Assembly: GCA_905178155.1 (NCBI GenBank)
Contig: CAJINV010000004.1
Span: 11,271,886-11,335,885 of the forward strand
Length of the DNA: 64,000 nucleotides
Direction of reading: 5' to 3'
Origin: Amoebophrya sp. A120
Lineage: Eukaryota > Protista > Dinoflagellata
The position numbers were made by a program, and so were the translations under genes. Under the pieces are notes generated by a model. The model made no database searches. It saw nothing but the letters and a program-made list of their open reading frames with translations, and had not been told where the DNA came from. Of this stretch, positions 24,865 to 37,100 are shown one piece after another (position 1 is the first letter of the stretch; the number at the start of each line of letters is the position of its first letter).

Positions 24865-25959
24865 TGGTCCTGCCCGTCGTTGCGGTCTGCACGACCTGTC
24901 TTAGTCACGACCCTACCTAGCCGCCACAAGAGGACGGTCGGCACTTCTGCCCTCATACGTGGGAATCTTCTTCATGAAGGTACTTTTGTAATTGGTGTTC
25001 TTATCTGTTTTTCCGAAACTACTACAGGCCTCGCCCGAACGCTTTCTCAGCCCCTTGTCTGATAAAAGCAGCAAGCTCCGTGGATGTGGATGGCGGCACA
25101 CAAGTTGCAGTAGAAGCTCGGTACTTATGATAAAGTATTTGAGTTGTGGTTGAGGAAAACAATTTCTACAACAGGGCCATCGGCTTGGGCTTCACTTCCG
25201 GTAATATTATCCCTGCCTCATTCAAGTCAGTTTTCTGACGGCCCTAGAAGAAGTTCGCTGTGACACGACAGACTGACCTTCAGGGAGCACTCGTCATGAT
25301 GAAGATGAAGAATGAAAATAATGCATCGTGAGAAGATGTAAAGAAAGAATGCCGTGGTGGCGCACAACTGTGCTGACGGTGCCGGGATAAATGTTGAAGG
25401 ACTTTTGGTGTGGAGTTCTTCTCGAGGTCAAGGGCTGCTAATTTTACTGCAAAATACGGAAAAAATCAGGCTGCTGGTATCACTATCATTGGTAAATGGT
25501 AATGGTGAAAAATTTGTACGGGCCTCGTGGAGGGTATATTGCTCTACTCCACCTGAAGAAACTGTGTGTAATGATATAGAATAAAGTGAAGATGTGCACT
25601 CGAGGCCACGCACTGCATAAACCCGCAAAAATGAATCTCAAGCGGCATAGCTGTAACTAAGTACTAGGCACGGCGCGGCGACGCAGCGACGGCTGCGTCG
25701 TGATATTTCCTTACCCAATGCCTCGTCTGTTTAGTTGTGCTAATTCGCTTTATCCTTCCATGGCAGGAGCTAAAAGCGTAGGATGAGAGAAACGCGCCTC
25801 AAGAAACATCAAAGCTTGCCTGTCCTCCTCGGGTCTATGTTTCCTAATTGTGAAGTCCGATGTCGTGGGACCGACGTGCATTCGTCATCCTTCGACGGTC
25901 CCCTGTGATGGCATGCTGTGATTCATCATCCTTGCCATGAATCCTCTTGCAGCATTAGA

Positions 25960-27650
25960 GCTTTCAGAAATTAGTTCCCGGAGCAGTTCCTAAAAGCTTC
26001 GGTTTTCAAAAATTTTGAAGCAGGTGCGCAGGATCTGCGTTTCGACCGATAGTCCCGGTCTGACTACACGTCCTACGCACGCGACTTACAGAAATCAGCT
26101 CCCAGGATTTCCGAGTTTTTTCTACATCCCCTCATTTGGACACGCGGATCGAACTTCCACGAGCAAAGCGCCAAAGTTCGGCACTTTGTGTGTGAAAGTT
26201 CTCTGGCAGCTGCGCGAGCTTTCTTCCGTAAGAGCACATCAGAACTCGCGCGCCTACAGCTTCAGCTTTCGTGCCTCAAAAAAATGCACTCCTGGGACTT
26301 GCGTGTTGCGTCTCCAGTCGCCACACTTGGACACACTGATGATCCTCGTGTCCAAGTGAGGCGATTGGAGACGCAGCACGCAAATCCTGGGAACTAATTT
26401 CTGTAAGTCACCTGCATAAGATTTGTGCCCAGATCGGTATTACCGGTGAGAAGACAAATCTTACGCAGGTAGCTTTCAGAAATTATTTCCAGGATCTTCG
26501 CTGCGTCAAGAATTTCGTGATGCGGCGGAAATCCTGAGAGCTAATATCTGTAACTCACCTGCGTAGGTTTTGTGCTCCAATAGGTATTGCCGATCGGACC
26601 ACAAATCTTACGCAGGTGACTTGCAGCAATTTGTTCCCAAGGATTTTCGCCACATCAAATACTACCTCCTGGGGTGGCAGCGCACATCCGAGAAGTTCTC
26701 GAATGTGAGCGGACACACGAGGAGTTCTTAGATGTGAGTCTACGTCCGGGAATTCCTCGGATGTGAAGCCCCATCCGAGAAGTTCTCGGATGTGGGGTCC
26801 TGAGACCTAATTTCTGTAGGCTGCCTCCGTAAGATTTGTGCCCTGGCCAGCAAAACCGCTCTCTCTGAGCACCAATTTTATTCAGGTGACTCACAGAAAT
26901 TAGCTCCCAGGGTTTGCGTGTTGCGTCTACATACACCTCGCTTGGACACGCGGATCGAACTGTCACGCGCAAGGCAACAAAGTTCGCAAGTACAGCCGAA
27001 GTGGCACGGCAGCTTTATTTCTGGCACCCCCCCAAGTGTTGCGTGCCTATCACAGGAGTCCTGTGATGGGCACACAATGTCAGAAAACCAGAAACGAAAT
27101 CGCTACGCCGGTTCGGCTAAACTTGCGAATCGCCGCGCTCTGCGTGTGAAAGTTTGAACCGCGACTCCAAGTGAGGCAATTGGAGGCGCAACACACAAAT
27201 CCAAAGAGCGCACTGCTGTAAGTCTGTCGCGTAAGATTATGCTGCGCAGTTCTTCTGACCTTCTAACTCTTGGATGCGCGCTCACATGTGAGGAGTTCTC
27301 GGATGTGAGCTCGCATCTGAGGAATTCTCGGATTTGAGTTCGATATCAACAAATCTTAGGAGCACACTTCTGCAGGCCAGAGCACGAGAGTGCTATCCGA
27401 GTTTGTGTTCTGACCTTGAAACACAGAAAAACCCGCACAACATCATCTTAGGCGGGGGCTTTGCAGAACTATGATCCCAGGTCTCGACGCGGCGAAAATC
27501 CTAGGGGCGCACTTCTTTATCTCCCCGACGTCGGATGATTTTGCGCGAGGTCTTCAGACCTGTCGCCGGCCAGAGCACAAATCCGACGTGGGGCTGGGGA
27601 CCTTGCCGAAATGTGCTCCCAGGATTTCCGGCAAACCTTGGGAACGCATT
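25960..27650. repeat. Complex degenerate repeat array with units in both orientations (foldback-like)
   Basis: Recurrent cagaaattagctcccagg (25966, 26090, 26477, 26893) and its reverse complement cctgggaactaatttctg (26386, 26533, 26798). Also recurrent aatcttacgcaggt and gttctcggatgtgag units. Confidence 0.7.
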
Positions 27651-28217
27651 TCCGAAAGGCTAGAGTGTGGCAGCTGCTGGGCGACCCCTTATATTGAAGG
27701 CGCGTTGCTTTTAACGACCTGGCGCTGAACACGAATTGCTTGCAATTTACTAGCACAACAAACAAAATGCTTTCTATGCCAAGGCATTGCAAGTAATTCG
27801 CTTCCAATAGAAGGGCACTTCAAAGCAACTCGCTTTCAACGAGCAGGAGTGCATTTGGCCAAGCGCCGCACCGAAGCCTGGATCATGTCGAGCCCATTCT
27901 GCCGGACCGTTTCGAGCTGCGCGCCAACCCTCCCAGGTGGATGCGATTTGCTCAGCTTCCGGCAGTGCAAGTTGAAAGCTTGTTTTGGGCTCATAAAGAT
28001 CAATTTGTAGTGCGGACCTGCGTCACCGCCGCGTCACGTTTTTGACATGGTAGAAGTGCTGCCGTGCCCACTGCATCACGCAGGTAGATGCCCAGAAATG
28101 AGGCTCTTTTTGGGTGCTCTGGTTACCGCCCAGTCGTTGATGATGAAATCTGCCCACCATCTCGTGGCCACCATCGTCACCGGGCTCTGACCTGAGAAAT
28201 TACGGGAAATAGGATGG

Positions 28218-28377
28218 CGCGCGGACTATAAAAGTGACCAAAAAGCGTCGTTGTTATCGGTTTCGGCCAGGGCCTCCGAAATCTGGCCAACTTGGCCAGC
28301 AAAAACGGCCATTGTTCCGAAGCCTCCGAGCAAACCGATAACAAGCACTCTTTTTGGTCACTTTTATAGTCCGCGTG
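28218..28377. repeat. Inverted repeat of about 47 bp (hairpin)
   Basis: cgcggactataaaagtgaccaaaaag..ttgttatcggttt pairs with aaaccgataacaa..ctttttggtcacttttatagtccgcg. Confidence 0.85.
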
Positions 28378-28722
28378 CCGCCGTGCTACGTGTCTGTTAT
28401 CGGTTTCGGCTTCCGGACATGCTTCCAAGCACTCGCAGCCACACTGTTTTGTTGGCGCAGTTGGCAAGACAGTATCCAGATCGGACGTGGAGTCTGGCCT
28501 GGGATGACTGCGCGACACCGAACCTGGAACAACACCACCTCGAGATCCGCCGCGTCAAGTCTGCCGTCTGCTGCCCCAGGAGAGTGACCAAATCCAAATG
28601 CACACAACGAAATCAAAATAATCACTACCGAAGATAGCTACCTCACTACCTAACTTTAAAAAAATTATCGCTTTCGTTTCAAATTCTTAATTCGATAACG
28701 ATAACAGATTTTTGCTCGATAG

Positions 28723-29797
28723 CCTATCATGCTGTGATTCGTCATCCTTGCCATGAATCCTCTTGCAAGAACAGGCTCAGTTTGATTCTCGGGCTGGGTC
28801 AAGCAGGCCGCGCCTAGCTTCCATAGCGGGGAGCGGCCCACTCCACCTGGGGCTGGGTCAAGCAGGCCGCGCCTAGCTTCCATAGCGGGGAGCGGCCCAC
28901 TCCACCACTAACACGTCTGTCCGGACGAACCGGCACGACGTGAGCGGCCACTTGGGTGGGAGGGGGGGAAAACGATGTGAATCCATCACAAAGCAAACTA
29001 TCCAGCGAGACCTGCGGACTACGTCCGCGTCGGTGTAACCAATGACACAAAAACCCGAGCCCCCACCTGGGGAAAAAACTGATACCCGTTCCCGGGGTAC
29101 CGAGGCCATACTCAAAGGAGCATGCGCTCTAGGCAAAAACCCAACTTCCCGCCCGGTTAACCAAACCTAAAAATAGCCTCGCACCTCCAACGTGCCCCCA
29201 ACCTCTGTCTGGGTGGGAAAATAGCAAGCGATCCAAAACAATCCCAGCCACTGCAGGCACGGCAAACTCAATCCGAACACCACCAAGCAGAACGTCGCTG
29301 CTGAAAAACTCACTGCCGCTGACGACCATCGACGTCAGTACTACTTTTACGGCGAAGGGCCGACCGTGCGCGAGGCTGCAAAAATTCATTCCGGAAGGCA
29401 AGGAAAGAAGTCCGAGTAGCGTCTGAAAAATACTGCTGTCGACCCAAAGCGACCCAGGCTAACCTCGCTAGGAACCCGAAACCCCTCGTAGGAAAATCCA
29501 AAACTCAGAGCCAGACGCGAGCAACCAAAAGCGACGACTTTGCACGCGCCAGGCGTGACTCCTACCCCTGTCACGAGAGAAAAGGAAACCCGCCCCACGA
29601 TGGGAACAGAGGGCGAACGAAGGAGACACCGAACCACCAGCCCCAGCCTGGGAACAAGTTCGCAAGGGTAACGGATTGGGTACCGCCAGTGCCAAACGAC
29701 TCCTGTTCCCAAAGCAAGGCGAGACCGTGCCTATCATGCTGCTGTGACTCGTCGTCCTTGCCATGAATCCTCTTGCAACAGGCTCAGTTTGATTCTC
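28723..29797. repeat. Segment of about 1.07 kb bounded by ~68-bp direct repeats, with an internal 57-bp tandem duplication
   Basis: cctatcatgctg..tccttgccatgaatcctcttgcaa..caggctcagtttgattctc at 28723-28790 and 29730-29797; partial third copy at about 25912-25950; tandem units at 28791-28847 and about 28850-28906. Confidence 0.8.
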
Positions 29798-32700
29798 ATT
29801 GGCTTCGTATTCAATTATCGCTTTCATACTCCAAGATCAAGTAAACCCAAACTCGAAGGTTCCTTGTTCCTAGCCTTTGTCTTGAGCCAACAGAGGCGGT
29901 AGCCGCATAAAAATACGCCGACACATCTATACTCTACTGGTCGCCTGACAAAGTGGCCAAGTGCAAATGCTGCATATTGTATGCACAGAAGCTGAAGCCC
30001 GAGTTCCTCTTAAGCCCGTGTTGAAGAAATAAATCGAAAAAATAATGCCTTTGAAACCGTCAATATGTAAAGCTGCTTTTTGCAGTGCCGCAACTCAACT
30101 ACATTCGAAGGAACGTAGCCGCGCACGACCTCTTCCGCGTTCCTGCACCTGCTACGTCTGCTCCGTTTATTTACAACAGCTAATAACAGGTTATTTCAAC
30201 AATGTAGTTCCAGCCCCATGAATGCTGTAAAAATTAAATCGCTTGAAGGAGGTGCGAGTGAATCTGGCAAAAAGAAGAACAGGGGAGAGCAAATGCAATC
30301 TGCCATGGCGGAAATGGGTTTGAATTTGACTGTGGACCTCGGAGGAAAGCCAGAAAGTCTAGATCATGCAAAAATGGGAATGGATGCGGCTGTCTCATCT
30401 TGCATCCTGCCCCATGTGATTTTCCTGGATATCATCGATCTGCATGGACAAGTTCCGCGGCAACCTCGTCAACCTTCTTTTTCGAATATGTAAATCCGCA
30501 ATACGAAATCACTCATGCCCAACCGCAGCTCTTTCTTTCCCCTGCTCTTCTTTGTCCAAACACAAATGTCATACGTAAACAAGAAGATGATCCTACTCCA
30601 ATTTATTACGCAGCGAGCCCCCGGCGCAGGCCGCGACTGGCGAACAATGAAACGGGAACGACTGCTTCAAGCTCAGAATAGTAAATATCATATTCTGTCC
30701 GGTGTACAACCATGAATGAAAAATAGGAAAAAAGCTCTAACGAGTTGAAAAAAAAATTGTAGTCTTGAAAATTCGGCATATTAAATTGTATATACTGATA
30801 CTGAAACATATTGACACGGGATATTACGCAAAATTCAAAAGATCGTTGCCTCTGAAACTGATTGTTCACTGCCTCAATTTTCGCTTTTGCCTCCAAGCTG
30901 TCGCGAGTAATTTGGCTGGTGTACTTGTCACGTTTTTTTTTTCCGTTTCCATCTTCCTGATCAGGCAATGGCGGTCGCACCCAGTCGCACCGGGCTGCTC
31001 GTTGACATACCTTTTGATTTAGACGTGTGGACTTTAGTTCACAGGTGATCAACCAAATATCAGAATGCTGTCCGATGAATTTTTGAAATTCCATTTTTTT
31101 TTTTAATCAATAAGAGCAAAATAAACCTTCCTCTCCCGGAGACCCGGTAGTGGACTTTGTTGCTGCGGGCTTTGGCGATGAGGCGGCACACCTGAATTTT
31201 CAATTTTTTTCTTTTCGACGTTTTGGTTTTCGAGATCCACTTCATAATCATGACCGTACCGATAAAGCTTTACGAACCGAGATATCAGCAGGTGCGGAGA
31301 GATCACCTCTCTTCACCGTTATCTGTAGCGGTCTAACTAAAAATACGATATCAAGCTCAGCGCTGCGCAGAAGGAGCGAAAGACGGGTTTTCAGGGTGAT
31401 AAACAACAACAACTAATTCGACGCTAAGCTTTTATTTTGTCCAAAGTGTACTAAATGACAGAAGATGAAGGCCTACGCCAACAACTGGTGATTCAGGAAT
31501 ACAGCACGCGCACGAAAACAAATAGAAGCAGGAATAGAATTAGAAAGGTGTACAAAACAGTAAAGAAACGTCACAGTGAAACACGAAAGTCAAATCAGGG
31601 AAACAGACGAGGCCAGAACAGTAGTATAGGTTAACAAGGGTTTAGAAGAAAACTAGAAATAATTGCCGCGGAGCAGCAGCAGGGTGATGCCGTTTTTCAG
31701 ACTTGCAAGCAAGCGAAGCTCGGCCTGCAAAGGAGGGGCTTCCAAGTTGTATTAACGGTCGTGATATGATGTTTCGTACATAGTACAAGGGAATTCGGAA
31801 GAACTTTTCTTCGAATTTTCAAAAACTTCTTCTTGTTCGACAACATGAAGAGTGCCAAGTAAAATTTCTTCTTGAAGATGTTGTACTGCAGATCGTGAGC
31901 TTGTTGCTGTATTGCTATGAATAAATGGTCCTATGAATGCCTTTTCCGTGTGCGGTCCATGGGAGCTCGTTTGTTCATCTTTTGCCTTGACATGGTTTCC
32001 CAGGAAGATGAGCAAAGCCAAGGGGCCTATGGATTATACCGCTTAATAATGTTCGCAGTTCGCTGTTTCTCGGAGTAGTACTACAACATGGCCCTTTTAC
32101 ACTGCACCCATTTCCTTCTTGTGCAGTTACCACAGATTTTGTTTTCCTTCCAAAGAGAGCCTGCTCCTAAACAAGAAGATGCCGGCCAATGTGGTCAAAG
32201 GTTTAACTTCTTCTGCTTTCATGAGTTCTGCACCCAACAAACAGCGTGTGGTCCGCCGTTGTGGATTAGGATTTACTATGTCGTGTGTGCCCAACTCGGG
32301 ACGGTCAGAATCCATCCGATTCTTATTTATATTTTGCTTTTGCATGGGGGAAAAGGTGCGAATAATAAGAGGATAGATGAACCTGACAAAAACAGCATCT
32401 GCGATTCATATAACTAACAATCAGGGAGAGTGCTTTTACTTATCTATGCTCTGAGTGTGAAGCACTTAAAAGTAGTTTTTGACTCTTTCTGAGAACTGTA
32501 GTGCTTGCATTATGTGGGTGTGGCTTCCCCAGAAGCGTCGCGATTTCCTGATTTGGAGGGAATGACTCTTGCAGTGTGTAAGTAAAAGTATAGAAAAGTT
32601 GGAGTGCAAGCGGCAGGACTCGAATATTCACGGTTGTATTTATGAATGAAAAGCAGATGGTAGATTACGGTAGCGGTCCTGGTCCTACGCTGTAGGAATT

Positions 32701-34139
32701 GAGAGACTCAATGTCGATATAGCAGGTGCAGCACCGCGCACTTCGGTACGACGACCCTGTCGATACTTAAAGCAGGTCTAGCACTTTTACAGCCCCTATT
32801 CGGGTATGAAAGCCTGAATAGCCCCGCTCCTGATCATCAGAAAACGACATCGAGCTACAAGAGCTGCACCTCCACCTAAATCGTGAAAGTTATATATTAC
32901 TTCGCACTCTTCCAGTACCTACTAAGGGGATAGGGATACTCGTACTAGCATACGCATCGGAAGTTTGCTGTCCCAATGTTGTGTTCCTTCATTTCAGTAT
33001 GAAGAGTAGTGTCGACATGTACTTGTAGAGAACGAAAACGTGCTCCACAAAAGAGATCTAAGTTACACGCCTTTGAATGTATGTCTCGGGATTGTGGCTG
33101 GGGAAGTGTCTCTTTGTCTTTGTTTTCATGTAATTCACAAATCATCTGTAATATGCCAAAAGCAGTAAAAAGTATGGGGTAATAAGCTTCTCGAAGCTTT
33201 TTATGTCATTGCTGAATGTCGTGCCGTCTTGCTTCTCCGCATTTAGTTTTTATCTACTCTAAAAGTTTGCTTTTCTAGAGAAGCACAATTCCTCTGAGAA
33301 GCGCCGTGAAGTAGACTTCACGTCCGTACTCAGCAAGAAAGATAGAAAGGAACAGCACACACGCACAATGAATTTCTCTCTAGCGTGACACGCCGCCCTT
33401 TGCAAGTTCTAAAAGAGACCTACATCAACTACCCTTTTTTACACACAGAAAGAATGAGTCGTCCTCTAGTGGGTTGCAGTTGTCCCGTTGCTACTGTACT
33501 GAAAATTCTCTAGGTCAGTGCCACAACTAGTGCTAGGAACGGCTGATAACCTGCTGTTCAGGAATTCTGCGTCGGTGGCGGTGGTAACAGCTCCATTACT
33601 CGTGTTTGGCGTTGATGACATCTTCAACTGCACCGGCTGCTCGTTCGCATCTGTTTTTATTTTCGTGCACTTTGACTTATTTGTGAAAATTGTGAATTGA
33701 ATATAAAACGTGTCGTTGCATGACAAGGCAAAAATTTCTTCAAGAACATGAACGAGATTCAATGTACCATGTCAAGGTTGACGAATAAACACAACATGAA
33801 ATGTACCTTGCGCCTTTGTCGGACTTTGCGCTCCAGAGAGGAATGCGGAGTGCTGGGCCTGTGCGGCTTTGTTATACGTCTGATCCGGCATTGCGGAACC
33901 TGAGAGAGTGATCACCCGGGAACGAAATTTCGAAACGCAACTGATGCAGATGTTTTCAACATCTCATTTAACTGCAAGTCAATACATGACCAGCACGTAG
34001 TTCAATTCGTTGCACTGCTAGAGGGACCGAATGAGCATCAAGCAGTCCTTGAGGTCTCGTTTCTCGATCCTGCGCTACCACACTATCAGTAACAGTTCAT
34101 GTTACAGTTACAGAAGATATAGATGCACATCAAATACCT

Positions 34140-37100
34140 GTACCTTGCAAGTAGTTCATGTGCTTGCCCCCGGCGTATTTTCCGGACCCTTTGATGCCTT
34201 TCCCAAAGCCGCCCTTGGCGCCGCGGTGCCCGCCCTGCCCGTGCTCCGGTTTTTCGTAGAAGCGGCAGACAATCTTGCCGCAGCCCTCTCGGATCTCGTA
34301 GTTGTTGTTTAGCGTGTTAATCTATGGATTGTAAAAATGTCTGGGTCTGGAAGGTTGGAACTTGTAATGCTAGCTTTCCATACCTAGAAAATCTGTATTG
34401 CATAACCAACAAAAGTCGCAGCCTCTTTTGCCATGCAAAAACGCAGTTTCTCATGCGGATTGCCTATGAGAAAGCGTTTTGGGAAGTTGTCATGCCGGAC
34501 TGCATTCGGAAGCGTTTCCATCATGCACATTTTAGCATCACAAGTTTCCAGACCCAGACATTTTTGCATTTGATATAATCGCGGTCTGGGCCTCGATTTG
34601 CTGCTGGTACTCCACAAACGCACAGGCTTTATCAAGTGCAAAAATGTCTGGGTCTGGAAACTTGTGATGCTGGGTGGCGTATCGTGAGGAGGCCACGAGT
34701 GCTGGCTCAGCATGACAAGTTTCTGAGCTTCTCGGTGTTGCCTATTCTGCATGACAAACTGCGTGTCTGCATGACAGAAAAACGGCGCTCTTGGGTAACG
34801 TGCATGACAGATTTGAGAGTTATGCCAGACAAGCATGACAAACATGCACTCTTCCAGACCGAGACATTTTTACATTTGATAGGCTTGCCCACTGTCTGAC
34901 TTGCCGACCATAACGTGCACATCCGTCACTACACCATATGTGGAAAAAACCTTTTTTGTTTTTTTTTCATTCCGCATATTCCATAGTACACCTCCAATCA
35001 CAGTGTCGTCCTGCTCCTGTTCAAGCCACGTAGAGGCAAAAATGGATGTGCCGGCATATCAAAAAGCCGTTCTTTCAGTACTTACCTGTCGTAGCACTTC
35101 CTTGGTGATGTCAGTGGGTAGGTTGCCGACGAAGATCTTCCGCTGTATGCGAACGAAGAGCGAGGACGTAGCACCACCGCGGAATTTCACTTTGTCATGC
35201 TGTGCTGCAAGTACACGCTCTCGTCGATCTTGTGCCTACCGATACTCACGATACCGTCAGTAGGTGCATATAGCAAAAGATCCCGCAGCTTCTCCAAACC
35301 CCTTTCACCTTCATTTGGAGAAGAATCGACGCGCGGAACCACGGACTACGACTAGTATCAAAATCTGTTCGTGTTGTGTATGATACTAACTGATGCAAGT
35401 GCGTGTGTCTTCGAAGGCACAGCAACTGCAAGTAGTCTCATCTCCAGATGATTGCGAAATCTACAAATCCTTGATCGAGCACTGCAGCACAGCAGCCTTG
35501 CGAAATTCCTAGGTGGGTCAAGCGTCCCCGAAATTCTTCTTAATACCGGGGTGGTTGGGGTGCGGATTGCGCCCGGGGCGCGGTCCACCCCCCTTGCCGC
35601 CGCCGTAGTAACTGCCACCACCCGCGGCTCCCGCGGCCCCGCCGGCCTGCTGCTGCATGCCGTTGTGTTGCATCATGCCGTTCTGGACCTGGGCGCCCAT
35701 GGGAAGATTCTGGTTGTGCACCATGCCATTGTGGCCGCCGCCCTTGGCCATGCCGGCCGCTCCGGGGCCCTTGGGATTCATGCCTCCCGGCCCCTTCCCA
35801 CCGGCCATCGCCATGCCGGCCGGATTGTACAGCGGGTTGTAAAGCGGATTCAGAAAGTCGTGCCCCGCCACGGCCGGAGGCTGGTGCGCGAGAGCCTGAT
35901 ATATGTATAATGACAATTTGTGTTGTTTCTTGCATCATGGAGCCATAGTGGCGAAAGAAGTTGAACTTGTTGCGCTTCACAATTTTGGACTTGCTCCTGA
36001 TGGTCACGCCTAAGAAACGCCACTGTCAACATGCACACAAATATACTAATTCAATTCCTCGTCGTACCTGCGCATATACGGCGTACGGATCCGTCGCATA
36101 CATTCCGTACGGATTCAGAGCGCCCTGGAGCATTGGATTAAAACCTGCTGCGGCGGCGTTGGATCCCGCGTAAGAACCTGCACTTGTCATCGAGCCTGAA
36201 GCGCGGGTGTCGACCTTGGCATACGATACCTGAATAGTGTATTCGCAGCAATAACGTCTGATAATTCTTGGATAAACAGGGAATTCGAAAAACTCCCTCT
36301 CGACATGAGTTTTGAAATCATCGTATACTCACCATCAGATGGTGCTTGAGCCTTCTTTTCCCAGATGAAACAAATGCCCAGCAACAGCAGTACTAAACTT
36401 ACCGTGATCGGGTCGACCGCATCGATGCGAATTTTGTACGTCTTATTCAGAGCAGCGATTGCTTGGTCAGCAGACACCTGATCAGCGTAGTGCACGAACG
36501 CACATGCCGCACCGGACTGGGACCGACCTGATTATGATTTGTGGAGGGGGTATGGATTATTTATTGCTGTCCTCGTACAACTGAATGAAAACTTTTAAAT
36601 TTGCAATTCGCGCGTAGCGCTACTGTCAAGTCTTCCTCCATGTTGATAGAGACGCCGCCTTTTGTAAGTGCCCCAAAAGAAAACCACTCTATACCGGTCA
36701 TAATGTGTACATCCGTGACCATTCCGTAGGTGGTCACGGCTGGCCTTTTGGGCCACCCAGATCGAGCTTTTCCAAGCCTGGGAAGGGTTCCAGTTTGCGA
36801 CCTCAGAGAGGTCGAAAACCGTGCCCGTGTGACACACCTCCACAGGCTTGATAATTGTTTTTTCTTCGTCCAATCCCGGTGGTACGGGCCTGCGGAAAAT
36901 TTTGCGAACCCCTTTTGAGCGGCAATTTTCAACAAGCGGCTTCTGCTTTTTCACAAAAAAACGCCATTTTCAATTTATTACTAAGCGGCCGCTGCGCCAT
37001 GCAGAAAATCCGCGTTTTCTCCCGGCCGCTTCCACGCTGCGAAAAATGTAACTTTTTTCGTCTTTTTTTTCAATTTTCAAGCGGTTTCCAGGTTCTGGAC

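Noticed and set aside
30200-33760. Fragmented minus-strand gene(s)
   Set aside because: Short ORF pieces look possibly exonic, but no consistent splice path or domain could be built.
35146-35521. Introner before RRM2
   Set aside because: Starts with tatg, but no convincing right TIR or TSD; the junction is unresolved.
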